Assembly: GCA_963776495.1 (NCBI GenBank)
Contig: CAVZMW010000003.1
Coordinates: 196,326-260,325, forward strand
From: an uncultured Acidobacteriota bacterium
GTDB lineage: Bacteria > Acidobacteriota > Vicinamibacteria > Vicinamibacterales > Fen-181
Direction: 5' to 3'
Length of the DNA: 64,000 nucleotides
Shown: positions 42,238 to 50,758 of the stretch, one piece after another
How positions within the stretch are numbered: position 1 is the stretch's first letter
How the letters are laid out: each line of letters opens with the position of its first letter
The notes under the pieces: generated by a model
What the model was told of the DNA's origin: nothing
Database searches by the model: none
The model's input: the letters and a program-made list of their open reading frames with translations, nothing else
Position numbers and translations under genes: made by a program

Positions 42238-42837
42238 TCAGGGATTAATGAGGCACTGAGAGTCGGGCCGCGTCTTTGTAGCGAGCACCTTCCCCGAATC
42301 ACTCTCCACGCTTACCGCAAAGCAGAATGACCGCGTGGACGTGGGGACTCTGTCGAAGGACGTGCCTCCGACTGCGAGCACGAGTTCACTGCCTTTCCAA
42401 GACACGAATCTGGGAAGGTAGAATTCGATCTTCCTTCCATCGCCTGGTTGTCTCCCCAGGACTGATCGTATCGTTCTATCCGTATCCCCTTCCGTTCTCT
42501 TTCCCTCACGGGAGTACAGACACACCTCATACTGGTCGGCGGTCGCTTCATCGATAACCAGAATCCGATGGCTGTCGCCGCTCCACAGCGCCTGCGCTGC
42601 TCTCGTCAAGGTAAAGAGGTCCCACTGCCTTCCGTCAGAGAGCCTGCGAACGACCACAGGTGAGTGATTCTCTTCGTCGGTGAGGATCGGATGAACCTCA
42701 ATTTGGAACCGTCCGTCAGGGGATTTCACCGTCGCGCCCTCGCTCCAATGAAGGAACACCGGGCGATCCAGCGGTTGGGCCGCTAGCGCGATAACACCTG
42801 TAATGACAACGACAAGTGGTCGTCTCGTGTTCTTCAT
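42238..42837 (-). CDS. Hypothetical exported protein, visibly lower GC
   Basis: 199-aa ORF with N-terminal hydrophobic segment; more AT-rich than its surroundings. Confidence 0.6.
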   Translation of the reverse strand: MKNTRRPLVVVITGVIALAAQPLDRPVFLHWSEGATVKSPDGRFQIEVHPILTDEENHSPVVVRRLSDGRQWDLFTLTRAAQALWSGDSHRILVIDEATADQYEVCLYSREGKRTEGDTDRTIRSVLGRQPGDGRKIEFYLPRFVSWKGSELVLAVGGTSFDRVPTSTRSFCFAVSVESDSGKVLATKTRPDSQCLINP

Positions 42838-42953
42838 TTCACCACCGCTATCCAGCAGGGCAACCCGCGCCTGAGGCGGCCGGAAAGCTAATCACTACTG
42901 GCATGTTCTGTATCCCGGAAGGAACGCAAGCGTCAACTGCCGCCGAGCCCACG

Positions 42954-43073
42954 CGTCCCCCGACACGGCGCAGACGGCCGGGCCGGAACGTCCTCAACAC
43001 GGTTCGTCGTCACCCGGCGTGGGCTCTCGATCGCAGACGATGCCTGGCCCGTCGTCCGGGGCCAGTCCCTCGC
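42954..43073. repeat. 120-bp dispersed repeat, copy 2
   Basis: About 87% identical to 17406-17525 by hand alignment. Confidence 0.9.
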
Positions 43074-43177
43074 CATCGACCGCGATGAGCGGCCCTTCGA
43101 CTCGCTCAGGGCCGCCCCGAGTCATGCCGAGGGGCGGCCGCAATCGGTAGCGGCCCAGGCGCTCGAGACGGTGACGG

Positions 43178-43347
43178 TGGTCCGCCAGCCAGCCACAGCG
43201 CAGGTACGCGCGGAACCTCCCCCTCCACGAACCGTGGCAGCCCCTGCCACCACGCAGTCCCGCCGACTGCAGGCGGAACGTCTCGAGGTCGTCGCGCACC
43301 ACCCGGTACAGCGCACTCTGACCGGGACGGCGAGACCGGTACGAATC
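43178..43347 (-). mobile_element. Degenerate IS91-family-like transposase N-terminal (zinc-binding domain) remnant
   Basis: Frameshifted peptide YRSRRPGQSALYRVVRDDLETF / GLPRFVEGE / FRAYLRCGWLA resembles the recalled IS91-like N-terminal pattern YxRRRPExxxLYxVV...LPxFVxxEFxxYLxCG. Confidence 0.65.
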
Positions 43348-43546
43348 CGAATCGCGGCCCCTCGTCTTCTTGGAGATCCGGACCCGTTGTCAACCAGGCA
43401 GTCGTGGCCACCGCGCTCCCCCTCCCGACTGGCAGGCACGGCGATCTGGCGTCAGCACTGCCGCCCGGCCTGCGGAGATTCCGGCGAGTTCAGGCGCGTT
43501 CCGGCCGGCACGCGGCGTGCACGGACGACGATGTACAATGCGAGCC

Positions 43547-44113
43547 GTGGCACGGGTCCCGCCGTTCGATCGACCGGCGACCTATGACGATCTCGTCAAG
43601 CTCCCCGACAACCTGGTAGCCGAGATCGTGGACGGGGAACTGCACGCCTCCCCGCGGCCGGCGCCCCGCCATGCGGTGGCCGAGACGGCTGTCGGCATGC
43701 TGCTCGGCAATCCGTTCCATTTCGGTCGCGGCGGTCCTGGCGGCTGGTGGATTCTCGCAGAACCGGAGCTTCATCTCGGGTCCGACGTCCTCGTTCCCGA
43801 CTACGCGGGCTGGCGCCGAACTCGCATGCCCTCGATTCCAGATAAGGCCTACTTCGAGCTGGCGCCCGACTGGCTATGCGAGGTCATCTCGCCCTCGACG
43901 GCCTCGCTCGATCGCACGCGGAAGCTCGCCGCGTACGCGCGAGCGGGGGTGCCTCACGTCTGGCTGGTCGATCCGCTGGCGCGGACGCTCGAAGTGCTCC
44001 GCCTCGAAGCGGGCCGCTGGACCATCGTGGCCTCGCACGCGGGAAACGAGACGGTCCGCGCCGAGCCGTTCGGCGAGGTCGAGCTGGCGCTCGCGGATCT
44101 CTGGGTGGACTGA
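43547..44113 (+). CDS. Uma2 family endonuclease, copy 2 (alt. ATG 43538)
   Basis: Close paralogue of 19155-19721; TACAAT 7 nt before GTG. Confidence 0.92.
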   Translation: MARVPPFDRPATYDDLVKLPDNLVAEIVDGELHASPRPAPRHAVAETAVGMLLGNPFHFGRGGPGGWWILAEPELHLGSDVLVPDYAGWRRTRMPSIPDKAYFELAPDWLCEVISPSTASLDRTRKLAAYARAGVPHVWLVDPLARTLEVLRLEAGRWTIVASHAGNETVRAEPFGEVELALADLWVD

Positions 44114-44261
44114 CAGGCCCATGGCCCGAGGCTCAGGGCTCATGCCCGGAGGCTCAAGGCTCAGGGCCAGCCCGCTGTAGGCCGCGGTACGAGGATCCAA
44201 TCAGATAGCGCAGGGCTTCGGCCTGCACGGGGCGCGCCGAGAGAAGTCCGGGCCTGGGAGG

Positions 44262-44290
44262 TTGCATTTTAGAAGTGTCACTTCTATTAT
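44262..44290 (+). promoter_or_regulatory. sigma70 promoter TTGCAT-N17-TATTAT with palindrome TAGAAGTG-T-CACTTCTA (44270-44286)
   Basis: -10 is 6 nt before ATG 44297 (leaderless); the operator-like palindrome lies in the spacer. Confidence 0.7.
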
Positions 44291-44296
44291 GCACAG

Positions 44297-45478
44297 ATGG
44301 TCACCCGCCGGTTCGCCGCGTCGCTCCACCGCCTGCTGCGCCGGTTCCCGGTCGTCACCGTACTCGGCCCGCGCCAGTCGGGGAAAACCACCTTCGTCCG
44401 CGCGGCGCTGCCCGGCTGGACCTATCTCGATCTCGAGCGCCCGTCCGACCTGGTGCCCCTTCAGTCCGACCCCGAGGCGAGGCTCGACCAGATCGGCGAC
44501 CGCGTCCTGCTCGACGAAGCGCAGCAGGCTCCCGAGGTGTTTCCGATTCTCCGCGGCATCATCGACCGCCAGCGCGGCCGGACCGGCCGGTTCGTCCTGC
44601 TCGGGTCCGCGTCGCCATCGCTCGTCCGGGGGATCTCCGAGTCGCTCGCGGGACGCACGGCGTTCCTCGACCTGCCACCCTTTCGCTGGGACGAAGTGAG
44701 GGGGCGGCCCGCCACCGGCGGCCTGTCGAGCCTCTGGCTGCGGGGCGGGTTTCCGCGCACCTTCCTCGCGGCCGACGCAACGGCCCGGAGGGAATGGTTC
44801 GACGCCTACTCCCGCGCCTTCATCGAGCGCGACTTGCCGGCCCTCGGGATCGACGTTTCGGCCGCGCAGATGCGTCGGCTGATGGCCATGCTCGCGCACG
44901 CCAACGGCGGCCTGTGGAACGCGTCGCAGCTCGCCGCCTCGCTAGGCGTCAGCTATCACACCGTCAACCGATACGTGGACATCCTCGAGCAGACCTTCCT
45001 CGTGCGCAAGCTCTCTCCGTATTTCCGGAACCTGGGGAAGCGCCTCGTGCGCAGCCCAAAGGTGTACTTCCGCGACACGGGGCTGCTGCACTTCTTCGCG
45101 GGCGTGAAAACAGAGGCTGACCTCGACGTGCACCCGGGCCGTGGCGCCAGCTGGGAGGCCTTCGTCATCGACCAGGCCATCTCGGCCTTTCGGCGGATCG
45201 ATCCCGCCGCCGAGCCGTGGTTCTGGCGCACCGCGCGAGGTGTCGAGGTCGATCTGCTGGTCGAGACGGGGGGCCGGTTGATCCCGTTCGAGATCAAGTT
45301 GCACAGCGCGCCGCGCGCCGACGCCGCGGCGGGGCTCCGGGCCTGCATGGCCGACCTCGGGATCGACCGCGGCTATGTGGTGTATCCGGGTCGCGACCGG
45401 TACTCAATGGGCGGCGGGGTCAGCGTCCTCCCGGCCGAGCAACTGCTGGCAGATCCTTCGAAGGTCTCGAAGCTCTGA
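44297..45478 (+). CDS. AAA_14 ATPase with DUF4143-like C-terminal domain
   Basis: GPRQSGKT, LLDEAQ, LLGSAS, KRLVRSPKVYFRDTGL, EVDLL...EIK. Confidence 0.9.
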   Translation: MVTRRFAASLHRLLRRFPVVTVLGPRQSGKTTFVRAALPGWTYLDLERPSDLVPLQSDPEARLDQIGDRVLLDEAQQAPEVFPILRGIIDRQRGRTGRFVLLGSASPSLVRGISESLAGRTAFLDLPPFRWDEVRGRPATGGLSSLWLRGGFPRTFLAADATARREWFDAYSRAFIERDLPALGIDVSAAQMRRLMAMLAHANGGLWNASQLAASLGVSYHTVNRYVDILEQTFLVRKLSPYFRNLGKRLVRSPKVYFRDTGLLHFFAGVKTEADLDVHPGRGASWEAFVIDQAISAFRRIDPAAEPWFWRTARGVEVDLLVETGGRLIPFEIKLHSAPRADAAAGLRACMADLGIDRGYVVYPGRDRYSMGGGVSVLPAEQLLADPSKVSKL

Positions 45479-45649
45479 CGTCGCTCCCACGACCTGGACT
45501 GCGGCCTCAGTCACCGGCCTTGCTGGCGCCGCAACCGGCTGCCGCGGAGTCGCTCCCGCGCCACGCGTCGCCGACCTTCGCCCCGCAGGTCCGTCTTAAT
45601 GCCCCAGGACTGTCGTGCAGGGCGTAGAATCCCACGCAAGGAGCGTCCC

Positions 45650-48190
45650 GTGACCCGGCCACTTGTCATCGAGCGTCACGTGGCCGACCTTCGGTGGGCC
45701 GTCAGGTCCCTGCGCCGCGCGCCCGCCTCGTCAGCCGTCGCGGTCCTCTCGCTGGCGCTCGGCATCGGCGCCAACACCGCCATCTTCTCGATGATCAACA
45801 CGCTGCTCCTGCGGACGCTCCCCGTCCCGTCGCCGCAGGAACTGCGGTTCGTGATGCAGCGTCCCGGCGACCGGCTCTCGTGGAACTACCCCGACTACCT
45901 GGCCTTCCGGGACGGCACCGCCGTTCCCCTGGCCGCCGCCTCGGGCGTGCAGCCGATCGGCGTGCAGGCATCGGAGAGCGCCACGGAGGTCGCCGAACTG
46001 GCGCCGAACCAGTTCGTCTCGGGCAACTACTTCGCCGTCATGGGGGTCACGCCGGAAGTTGGCCGGCTCTTTGGTGCCGCCGACGACCGCCAACTGGGGG
46101 CCGCACCCTACGCGGTCGTCGGGTACGACTACTGGCGCGCGCGCTTCGCGGGCGATCCGCGGGTCGTGGGCCGGACGATCCGCGTCAACGGCTATCCGCT
46201 CACGATCGTCGGCGTGGTCCGGCGCGGGTTCCGGGGAACCGACCCCACGAGATCGCCCGCCCTCTACGTGCCGATCGCGATGCACTCCGAGGTGAACCGC
46301 GTCCCGGCCGGAGTCTGGAACACGCGCCACTACTGGTGGATCCGCACCATCGGACGCGTGCCGGCCGGTGCGAACATCCCGTCGCTCGAGACGCGCCTCA
46401 CCAACATCGCCCGCGCGCAGGACGAGGCCGAGCGGCGCCAGGACCCGCGAACGGGCGCGCGCGGCAAGGCGGTGACCGTCGCGCTGATGCCGGGCGCGAG
46501 CGGTTACACCTATTCGCGCGGCATCCTCGAGAAGCCGCTGCTGGTCCTGATGGCCATGGTGGGGCTGGTGCTCCTCATCGCGTGCGCCAACGTCGCCAAC
46601 GTCCTGCTGGCGCGCGGGGCCGGGCGGGGGCGGGAGCTGGCGATTCGCATGGCGATGGGCGCCGGGCGCGGCCGGATCGCGTCGCAGCTCCTGACCGAAA
46701 GCCTGGTGATGTCGCTGGCCGGAGGCGTGGGCGGGATCCTGCTGGCCTGGTTCGGCGGCGGCGCCCTGCTCGCCCGGTTCGTTCCGCAGGCGGGATCGAC
46801 CCCGGTTGAGATCGACCTGGCTCCCGACCTGGCCGTGCTGGCCTTCACCACCGCGGTCGCCGTGGGGACCGGCATACTCGCGGGGCTCGCCCCGGCCTTC
46901 CAGGCATCCCGGTTCGTGCTCGTTCCGGCGCTGAAGACCGACACGGCCGGCGCGTCACGCGCGCTCGGGCGGCGGCTGCTGGTCGTCGGTCAGGTCGCGT
47001 TGTCGCTGCTGCTCGTCATCGGCGCGGCGCTCTTCGCGCGCAGTCTCGCGAATCTCGAGAGCCTCGACCCCGGCTTCGAGCGCGATCGCCTGGTCATCGC
47101 GTCCGCCAATCCGGAGAGTCTCGGCTACAAGGGGCAGCGGCTGCGCGACTTCTTCGAGCGGCTGCGCCAAGGTGTCGAACGTGTACCCGGGGTCAGGTCC
47201 GCCAGCCTCGCGGTCATCTCGCCCCTCGATGGCACGCGATGGAACGGTGACTTCGCAGTCGAAGGTGATAAGTCGCAGCAGGCCGACGAGCGGGTGGTCG
47301 ATTTCAACTCGGTGGGCCCACGCTTCTTCGAGACCATGGGCATCCCGGTGGTGGTCGGACGCGAGTTCCTGCCCGAGGACAGCCCGGCCGTCGTCCCCGA
47401 TCCGCGCGAACGCCCCTCGCGCGAACCCGTGCCCGAACTGCCGGGCCCGCGGCGCGCGATCGTCAACGAGAGCTTCGCCCGGAAATACCTCCCTGGCGGG
47501 AGTCCACTCGGCCGCCGCGTCTCGATGACCGAGACGTTCGACGCGGCCCGCGCCTACGAGGTCGTTGGTGTCGTCCGGGACGTGAGGTACTTCGGACTCA
47601 GAGAGAACCCCGAACCCATGGTCTACGTCCCGGTCTGGCGTGGCCTGACGTCGTCGCTGACGCTGGCCATACGGACGCGCGGGAGGGTCGCCGGCCTCGG
47701 CCAGTCGATTCGTTCGGTCCTGGCCGGCATCGACGTCGCCGTTCCGCTGCGGGACCTCGAGACGGGCGAAGAGCAGATCGACAGCGACATCGTCCAGGAC
47801 AGGCTCGTGGCCACGCTCGCCACCCTGTTCGGCGGACTGGCGCTCCTGCTCGCGGCCATCGGCCTCTACGGCGTGCTCGCGTACCTTGCCGCCCGCCGCA
47901 CCCGCGAAATCGGGATTCGCCTGGCGCTCGGCGCCGGCCGGTCGAGCGTTTTGTGGCTCGTGACGCGGGATGCGGTCGCGATGGTGGGAGTCGGGGCGGT
48001 GGTCGGCCTCGGGGCGGCCGTGGGCGCCGCGCGGCTCGTGGGGAGCCTGCTGTTCGGCCTCGACGCGCACGATCCGATGACGGCGGCCGTCGCGACGCTC
48101 GTGCTGCTGGCGGCCGCCGCGCTCGCCGTGCTCGTGCCCGCGCGCCGCGCGATGGCGATCGAACCCAGCCAGGCCCTGCGGGACGAGTGA
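45650..48190 (+). CDS. ADOP-type duplicated ABC permease, no adjacent PadR
   Basis: AAGGAG RBS before GTG 45650; SLALGIGANTAIFS, LLIACANVAN, RTREIGIRLALGA. Confidence 0.92.
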   Translation: MTRPLVIERHVADLRWAVRSLRRAPASSAVAVLSLALGIGANTAIFSMINTLLLRTLPVPSPQELRFVMQRPGDRLSWNYPDYLAFRDGTAVPLAAASGVQPIGVQASESATEVAELAPNQFVSGNYFAVMGVTPEVGRLFGAADDRQLGAAPYAVVGYDYWRARFAGDPRVVGRTIRVNGYPLTIVGVVRRGFRGTDPTRSPALYVPIAMHSEVNRVPAGVWNTRHYWWIRTIGRVPAGANIPSLETRLTNIARAQDEAERRQDPRTGARGKAVTVALMPGASGYTYSRGILEKPLLVLMAMVGLVLLIACANVANVLLARGAGRGRELAIRMAMGAGRGRIASQLLTESLVMSLAGGVGGILLAWFGGGALLARFVPQAGSTPVEIDLAPDLAVLAFTTAVAVGTGILAGLAPAFQASRFVLVPALKTDTAGASRALGRRLLVVGQVALSLLLVIGAALFARSLANLESLDPGFERDRLVIASANPESLGYKGQRLRDFFERLRQGVERVPGVRSASLAVISPLDGTRWNGDFAVEGDKSQQADERVVDFNSVGPRFFETMGIPVVVGREFLPEDSPAVVPDPRERPSREPVPELPGPRRAIVNESFARKYLPGGSPLGRRVSMTETFDAARAYEVVGVVRDVRYFGLRENPEPMVYVPVWRGLTSSLTLAIRTRGRVAGLGQSIRSVLAGIDVAVPLRDLETGEEQIDSDIVQDRLVATLATLFGGLALLLAAIGLYGVLAYLAARRTREIGIRLALGAGRSSVLWLVTRDAVAMVGVGAVVGLGAAVGAARLVGSLLFGLDAHDPMTAAVATLVLLAAAALAVLVPARRAMAIEPSQALRDE

Positions 48191-48206
48191 GGGACGACGC
48201 GCGGGG

Positions 48207-48725
48207 TCACTCTTTCTTCGGCAGGCGCGGCACGACGAACTCGTCCATCAAGCGGAGGAGCTTTTCGCGGTTCGTCGCGCGGTAGACGGCGTAGTCCTGC
48301 GCGATGCCGGCGTCGGGCCGGAACAGCAGGATGTAGGCTTCAAGCAGGCCCGCGTCCCGGATCCGGATCAGCCCGGCGAGTTCCGGGTCCATGTCCTTCT
48401 CGCCGCCGCCCTGCTTGTCGTCGCGCTCGCGCGCCACCACGTCGGCCACGGTCCCGAGCGCCTCGGCCTCTTCCTTCAAGGTGTGGCGATAGGCCGCCTC
48501 GTTCGGGAACTGCTGCTTGAACTTCTCCCGCTGCCACTGGAGGCGCACGCCTGCGTAGAGCAGCGAGGCTGCCGCGGCGCCGCCCTTCTTGCCAAGAGCA
48601 TCGGGAGTGATGGTGATCGCCGCCTTGCGGTCGGCGTCACCGGGGGCGGGCGGTTGCGCCGAAACGGAGGCCGCTACGACGACCGCGAAGAAGAGGCCGA
48701 GAAGGGCGGGAGGGAGTCGTCGCAT
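48207..48725 (-). CDS. Hypothetical exported protein
   Basis: Signal peptide MRRLPPALLGLFFAVVVAASVSA; GC3-rich codon usage. Confidence 0.7.
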   Translation of the reverse strand: MRRLPPALLGLFFAVVVAASVSAQPPAPGDADRKAAITITPDALGKKGGAAAASLLYAGVRLQWQREKFKQQFPNEAAYRHTLKEEAEALGTVADVVARERDDKQGGGEKDMDPELAGLIRIRDAGLLEAYILLFRPDAGIAQDYAVYRATNREKLLRLMDEFVVPRLPKKE

Positions 48726-48769
48726 GCGGATACCCTCGCAGCAATGGACGCCGAACGGCCGGCCGGAGT

Positions 48770-48899
48770 TCCAGGCGGGCCGCCGGCCGGGGTCATCATG
48801 CTTCGATTGCCGACGCCGCAGTCCGCGCCACCTTGGTCGGTCCGCGCGGAGCCGTTCGACGAGGTCGAACGGGAACTCTCGGACCTCTGGGTGGACTGA
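48770..48899 (+). pseudogene. Uma2 remnant: upstream-like sequence joined to the last ~20 codons
   Basis: SVRAEPFDEVERELSDLWVD-stop matches the C-termini of both intact copies. Confidence 0.7.
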
Positions 48900-48927
48900 C
48901 GGGGCCATGCGCCCCACCCCGATGCCG

Positions 48928-49170
48928 TCAGGGCCGGAAGATCGCCAGCGCGCGCCTGATGACTTCCGCCAGGAAGAGGCCGGCGACACCGGCGACCATG
49001 GCCGACTCGACGAGGCGCGAACGAAACGGCGCCGCCGGTCCGGGGGCCGGCCGTTCGAGCGCCTGGTGACACCGCTCGCGGATCCGGTCCGCGCGCCCGC
49101 GGTTCACGTCGAGCGCCCGAAGCCGGTTCAGCTCCAGCATGGGTCGATCCTCCCCCGCCCGCTCCATCAC
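48928..49170 (-). CDS. Small single-TM protein, putative anti-sigma factor
   Basis: GTGA overlap with the ECF sigma stop; C-terminal hydrophobic helix. Confidence 0.6.
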   Translation of the reverse strand: MMERAGEDRPMLELNRLRALDVNRGRADRIRERCHQALERPAPGPAAPFRSRLVESAMVAGVAGLFLAEVIRRALAIFRP

Positions 49171-49754
49171 GGCGTGCCTCCCTTGTCGTCACGCGCGTCG
49201 TCGAGGTCCGACATGCCGATCATCTCCGACAGGAGCGCCCTGCCCCGCGCGAGCCGCTGGCGCATCGCCTCGGGCGCGATGCCGCACACGCCGGCCGCCT
49301 CGGTCGGCGTCAGCCCTTCGAGCCCGACGAGCACCAGCGCCTCGCGGGTGTGGGCCGGCAGCGCGGCAAGCGCCCGCTCGACCCGCCGCTCCAACTCGCC
49401 GGCGGCCGCCTCCTCGAACGGCGACGGCAGCTCCCGGGCCGCCGGCCAGAAATTGGGCAGGGCCGCGTCGAATTTCTCCTCCACCATGCGGGACCGGCAG
49501 TGGCTCCAGAACAAGTTGCGCGCGACGGTGAACAGCCAGGGCGCGAGCCGGGTGTCGGGGCGCAGCTCCGGGGCGCTCGCGACGACGCGCAGCCAGGTTT
49601 CCTCGAGCAGGTCCTCGGCCACGTCGCGGCGACGACAGGACCTGAGGAGAAAGCTGAACAGCCTGGCCCGGTACGCCTCGTACACCGCGTCGAACGAGGC
49701 GCCGCTGCGTCGCCGAAGCCCGTCAACGAGGGCGAGCTCGGTGTCCCGGTCCAT
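49167..49754 (-). CDS. ECF RNA polymerase sigma factor
   Basis: AEDLLEETW, PWLFTVARN, region 4 HTH (GLTPTEAAGVCG...RQRLARGR). Confidence 0.93.
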   Translation of the reverse strand: MDRDTELALVDGLRRRSGASFDAVYEAYRARLFSFLLRSCRRRDVAEDLLEETWLRVVASAPELRPDTRLAPWLFTVARNLFWSHCRSRMVEEKFDAALPNFWPAARELPSPFEEAAAGELERRVERALAALPAHTREALVLVGLEGLTPTEAAGVCGIAPEAMRQRLARGRALLSEMIGMSDLDDARDDKGGTP

Positions 49755-49763
49755 GTCCGTAAG

Positions 49764-49818
49764 AACGCGCCGCGGCGGCGAGCGTGACGGATGTCACGCT
49801 GCCCGCCTACCGCCCGTT
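49764..49818. promoter_or_regulatory. Back-to-back ECF-type promoters GTCAC-N16/17-CGTT
   Basis: Minus: GTCAC 49788-49784, CGTT 49767-49764. Plus: GTCAC 49793-49797, CGTT 49815-49818. Confidence 0.6.
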
Positions 49819-49853
49819 GTACTCAGTAGACACCGGGCGAACGGAGGTGGAGC

Positions 49854-50186
49854 ATGGTTGGCATCTACTTGATGGGATTCGTCATCCTGGTGAGCGGCGT
49901 CGGCGTGCTCGGGACGGCCATCGCGTACGCGTACCGCCCCACCGAGCGGACGTTGATGCTGCTGCGGCCGCTGACGCTGGCCGCGATCTTCGCGTCGATC
50001 TGCAGTTTCTCGGGCGGCCTGGTGGCGGTCCTCAGGGGTGCCGGAGCCACTCCCGCATGGAACGCGCACAACGTGGGGCTCGCGCTGATGGGGCTTTCCG
50101 AGTGCGTCGTCCCGATCTTCGTCGCCTTCGGGTTCCTCGCGGTGGCCTGGCTGCTCGTGACCCTCGGCCTGCGCCGCCAGGTCTGA
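49854..50186 (+). CDS. Small 3-TM membrane protein
   Basis: GGAGG RBS; three hydrophobic segments. Confidence 0.65.
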   Translation: MVGIYLMGFVILVSGVGVLGTAIAYAYRPTERTLMLLRPLTLAAIFASICSFSGGLVAVLRGAGATPAWNAHNVGLALMGLSECVVPIFVAFGFLAVAWLLVTLGLRRQV

Positions 50187-50191
50187 ACCGC

Positions 50192-50734
50192 CTACTTCTT
50201 GCCGGCGCCGGCGACCGACACGAGGCTGTTCGCCGACACGCCGTAGTGCACGAACAGCTCGACCCACTCGAGGTCGGTCCTCGCCTTCAGCGTCGAGAGC
50301 AGGCTCATCAGCTCGGACGGCGTGCGGGCCACCACCTCGTACACGTTCGGCTCGACGATCTTCCTGAGGCCGGGGCACGTCGCCGGCCCCATGTCGGCAG
50401 GGAGCGCGTCGCCCCTGGGCTGGAACGTGATCTCACCGGTGACGAACCCCTGCGCCCCGATCGTGTGGTTGTAGACGACGCCGAGCGAGCGCGGTCCGAG
50501 CACGGCGGCGACGTCGGCGGAAGCCAGCCGCTGGATCACGCTCCTCCCGTTCGGCGCCAGCTCGGGTGAGGCGCGAACGGTCGGGAAGATCTCGAGTGCC
50601 TGTCCGCGGTCTTCCACCACCATCGTCGGATCGACGACCGGCTGGCTCGCCCTCGGGGCGACGGGCAACTGCGCCCGTGCCGGGCCGGCGCCGCACGCGA
50701 GCGTCAACGCGAGGACGAATGCGAAGCGTCTCAT
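50192..50734 (-). CDS. Exported hypothetical protein, candidate external chaperone of the upstream protease
   Basis: Signal peptide; RBS in the 24-bp gap after the protease stop. Confidence 0.7.
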   Translation of the reverse strand: MRRFAFVLALTLACGAGPARAQLPVAPRASQPVVDPTMVVEDRGQALEIFPTVRASPELAPNGRSVIQRLASADVAAVLGPRSLGVVYNHTIGAQGFVTGEITFQPRGDALPADMGPATCPGLRKIVEPNVYEVVARTPSELMSLLSTLKARTDLEWVELFVHYGVSANSLVSVAGAGKK

Positions 50735-50758
50735 CGGCCCTTCCCTCCTGCCCGGCCT

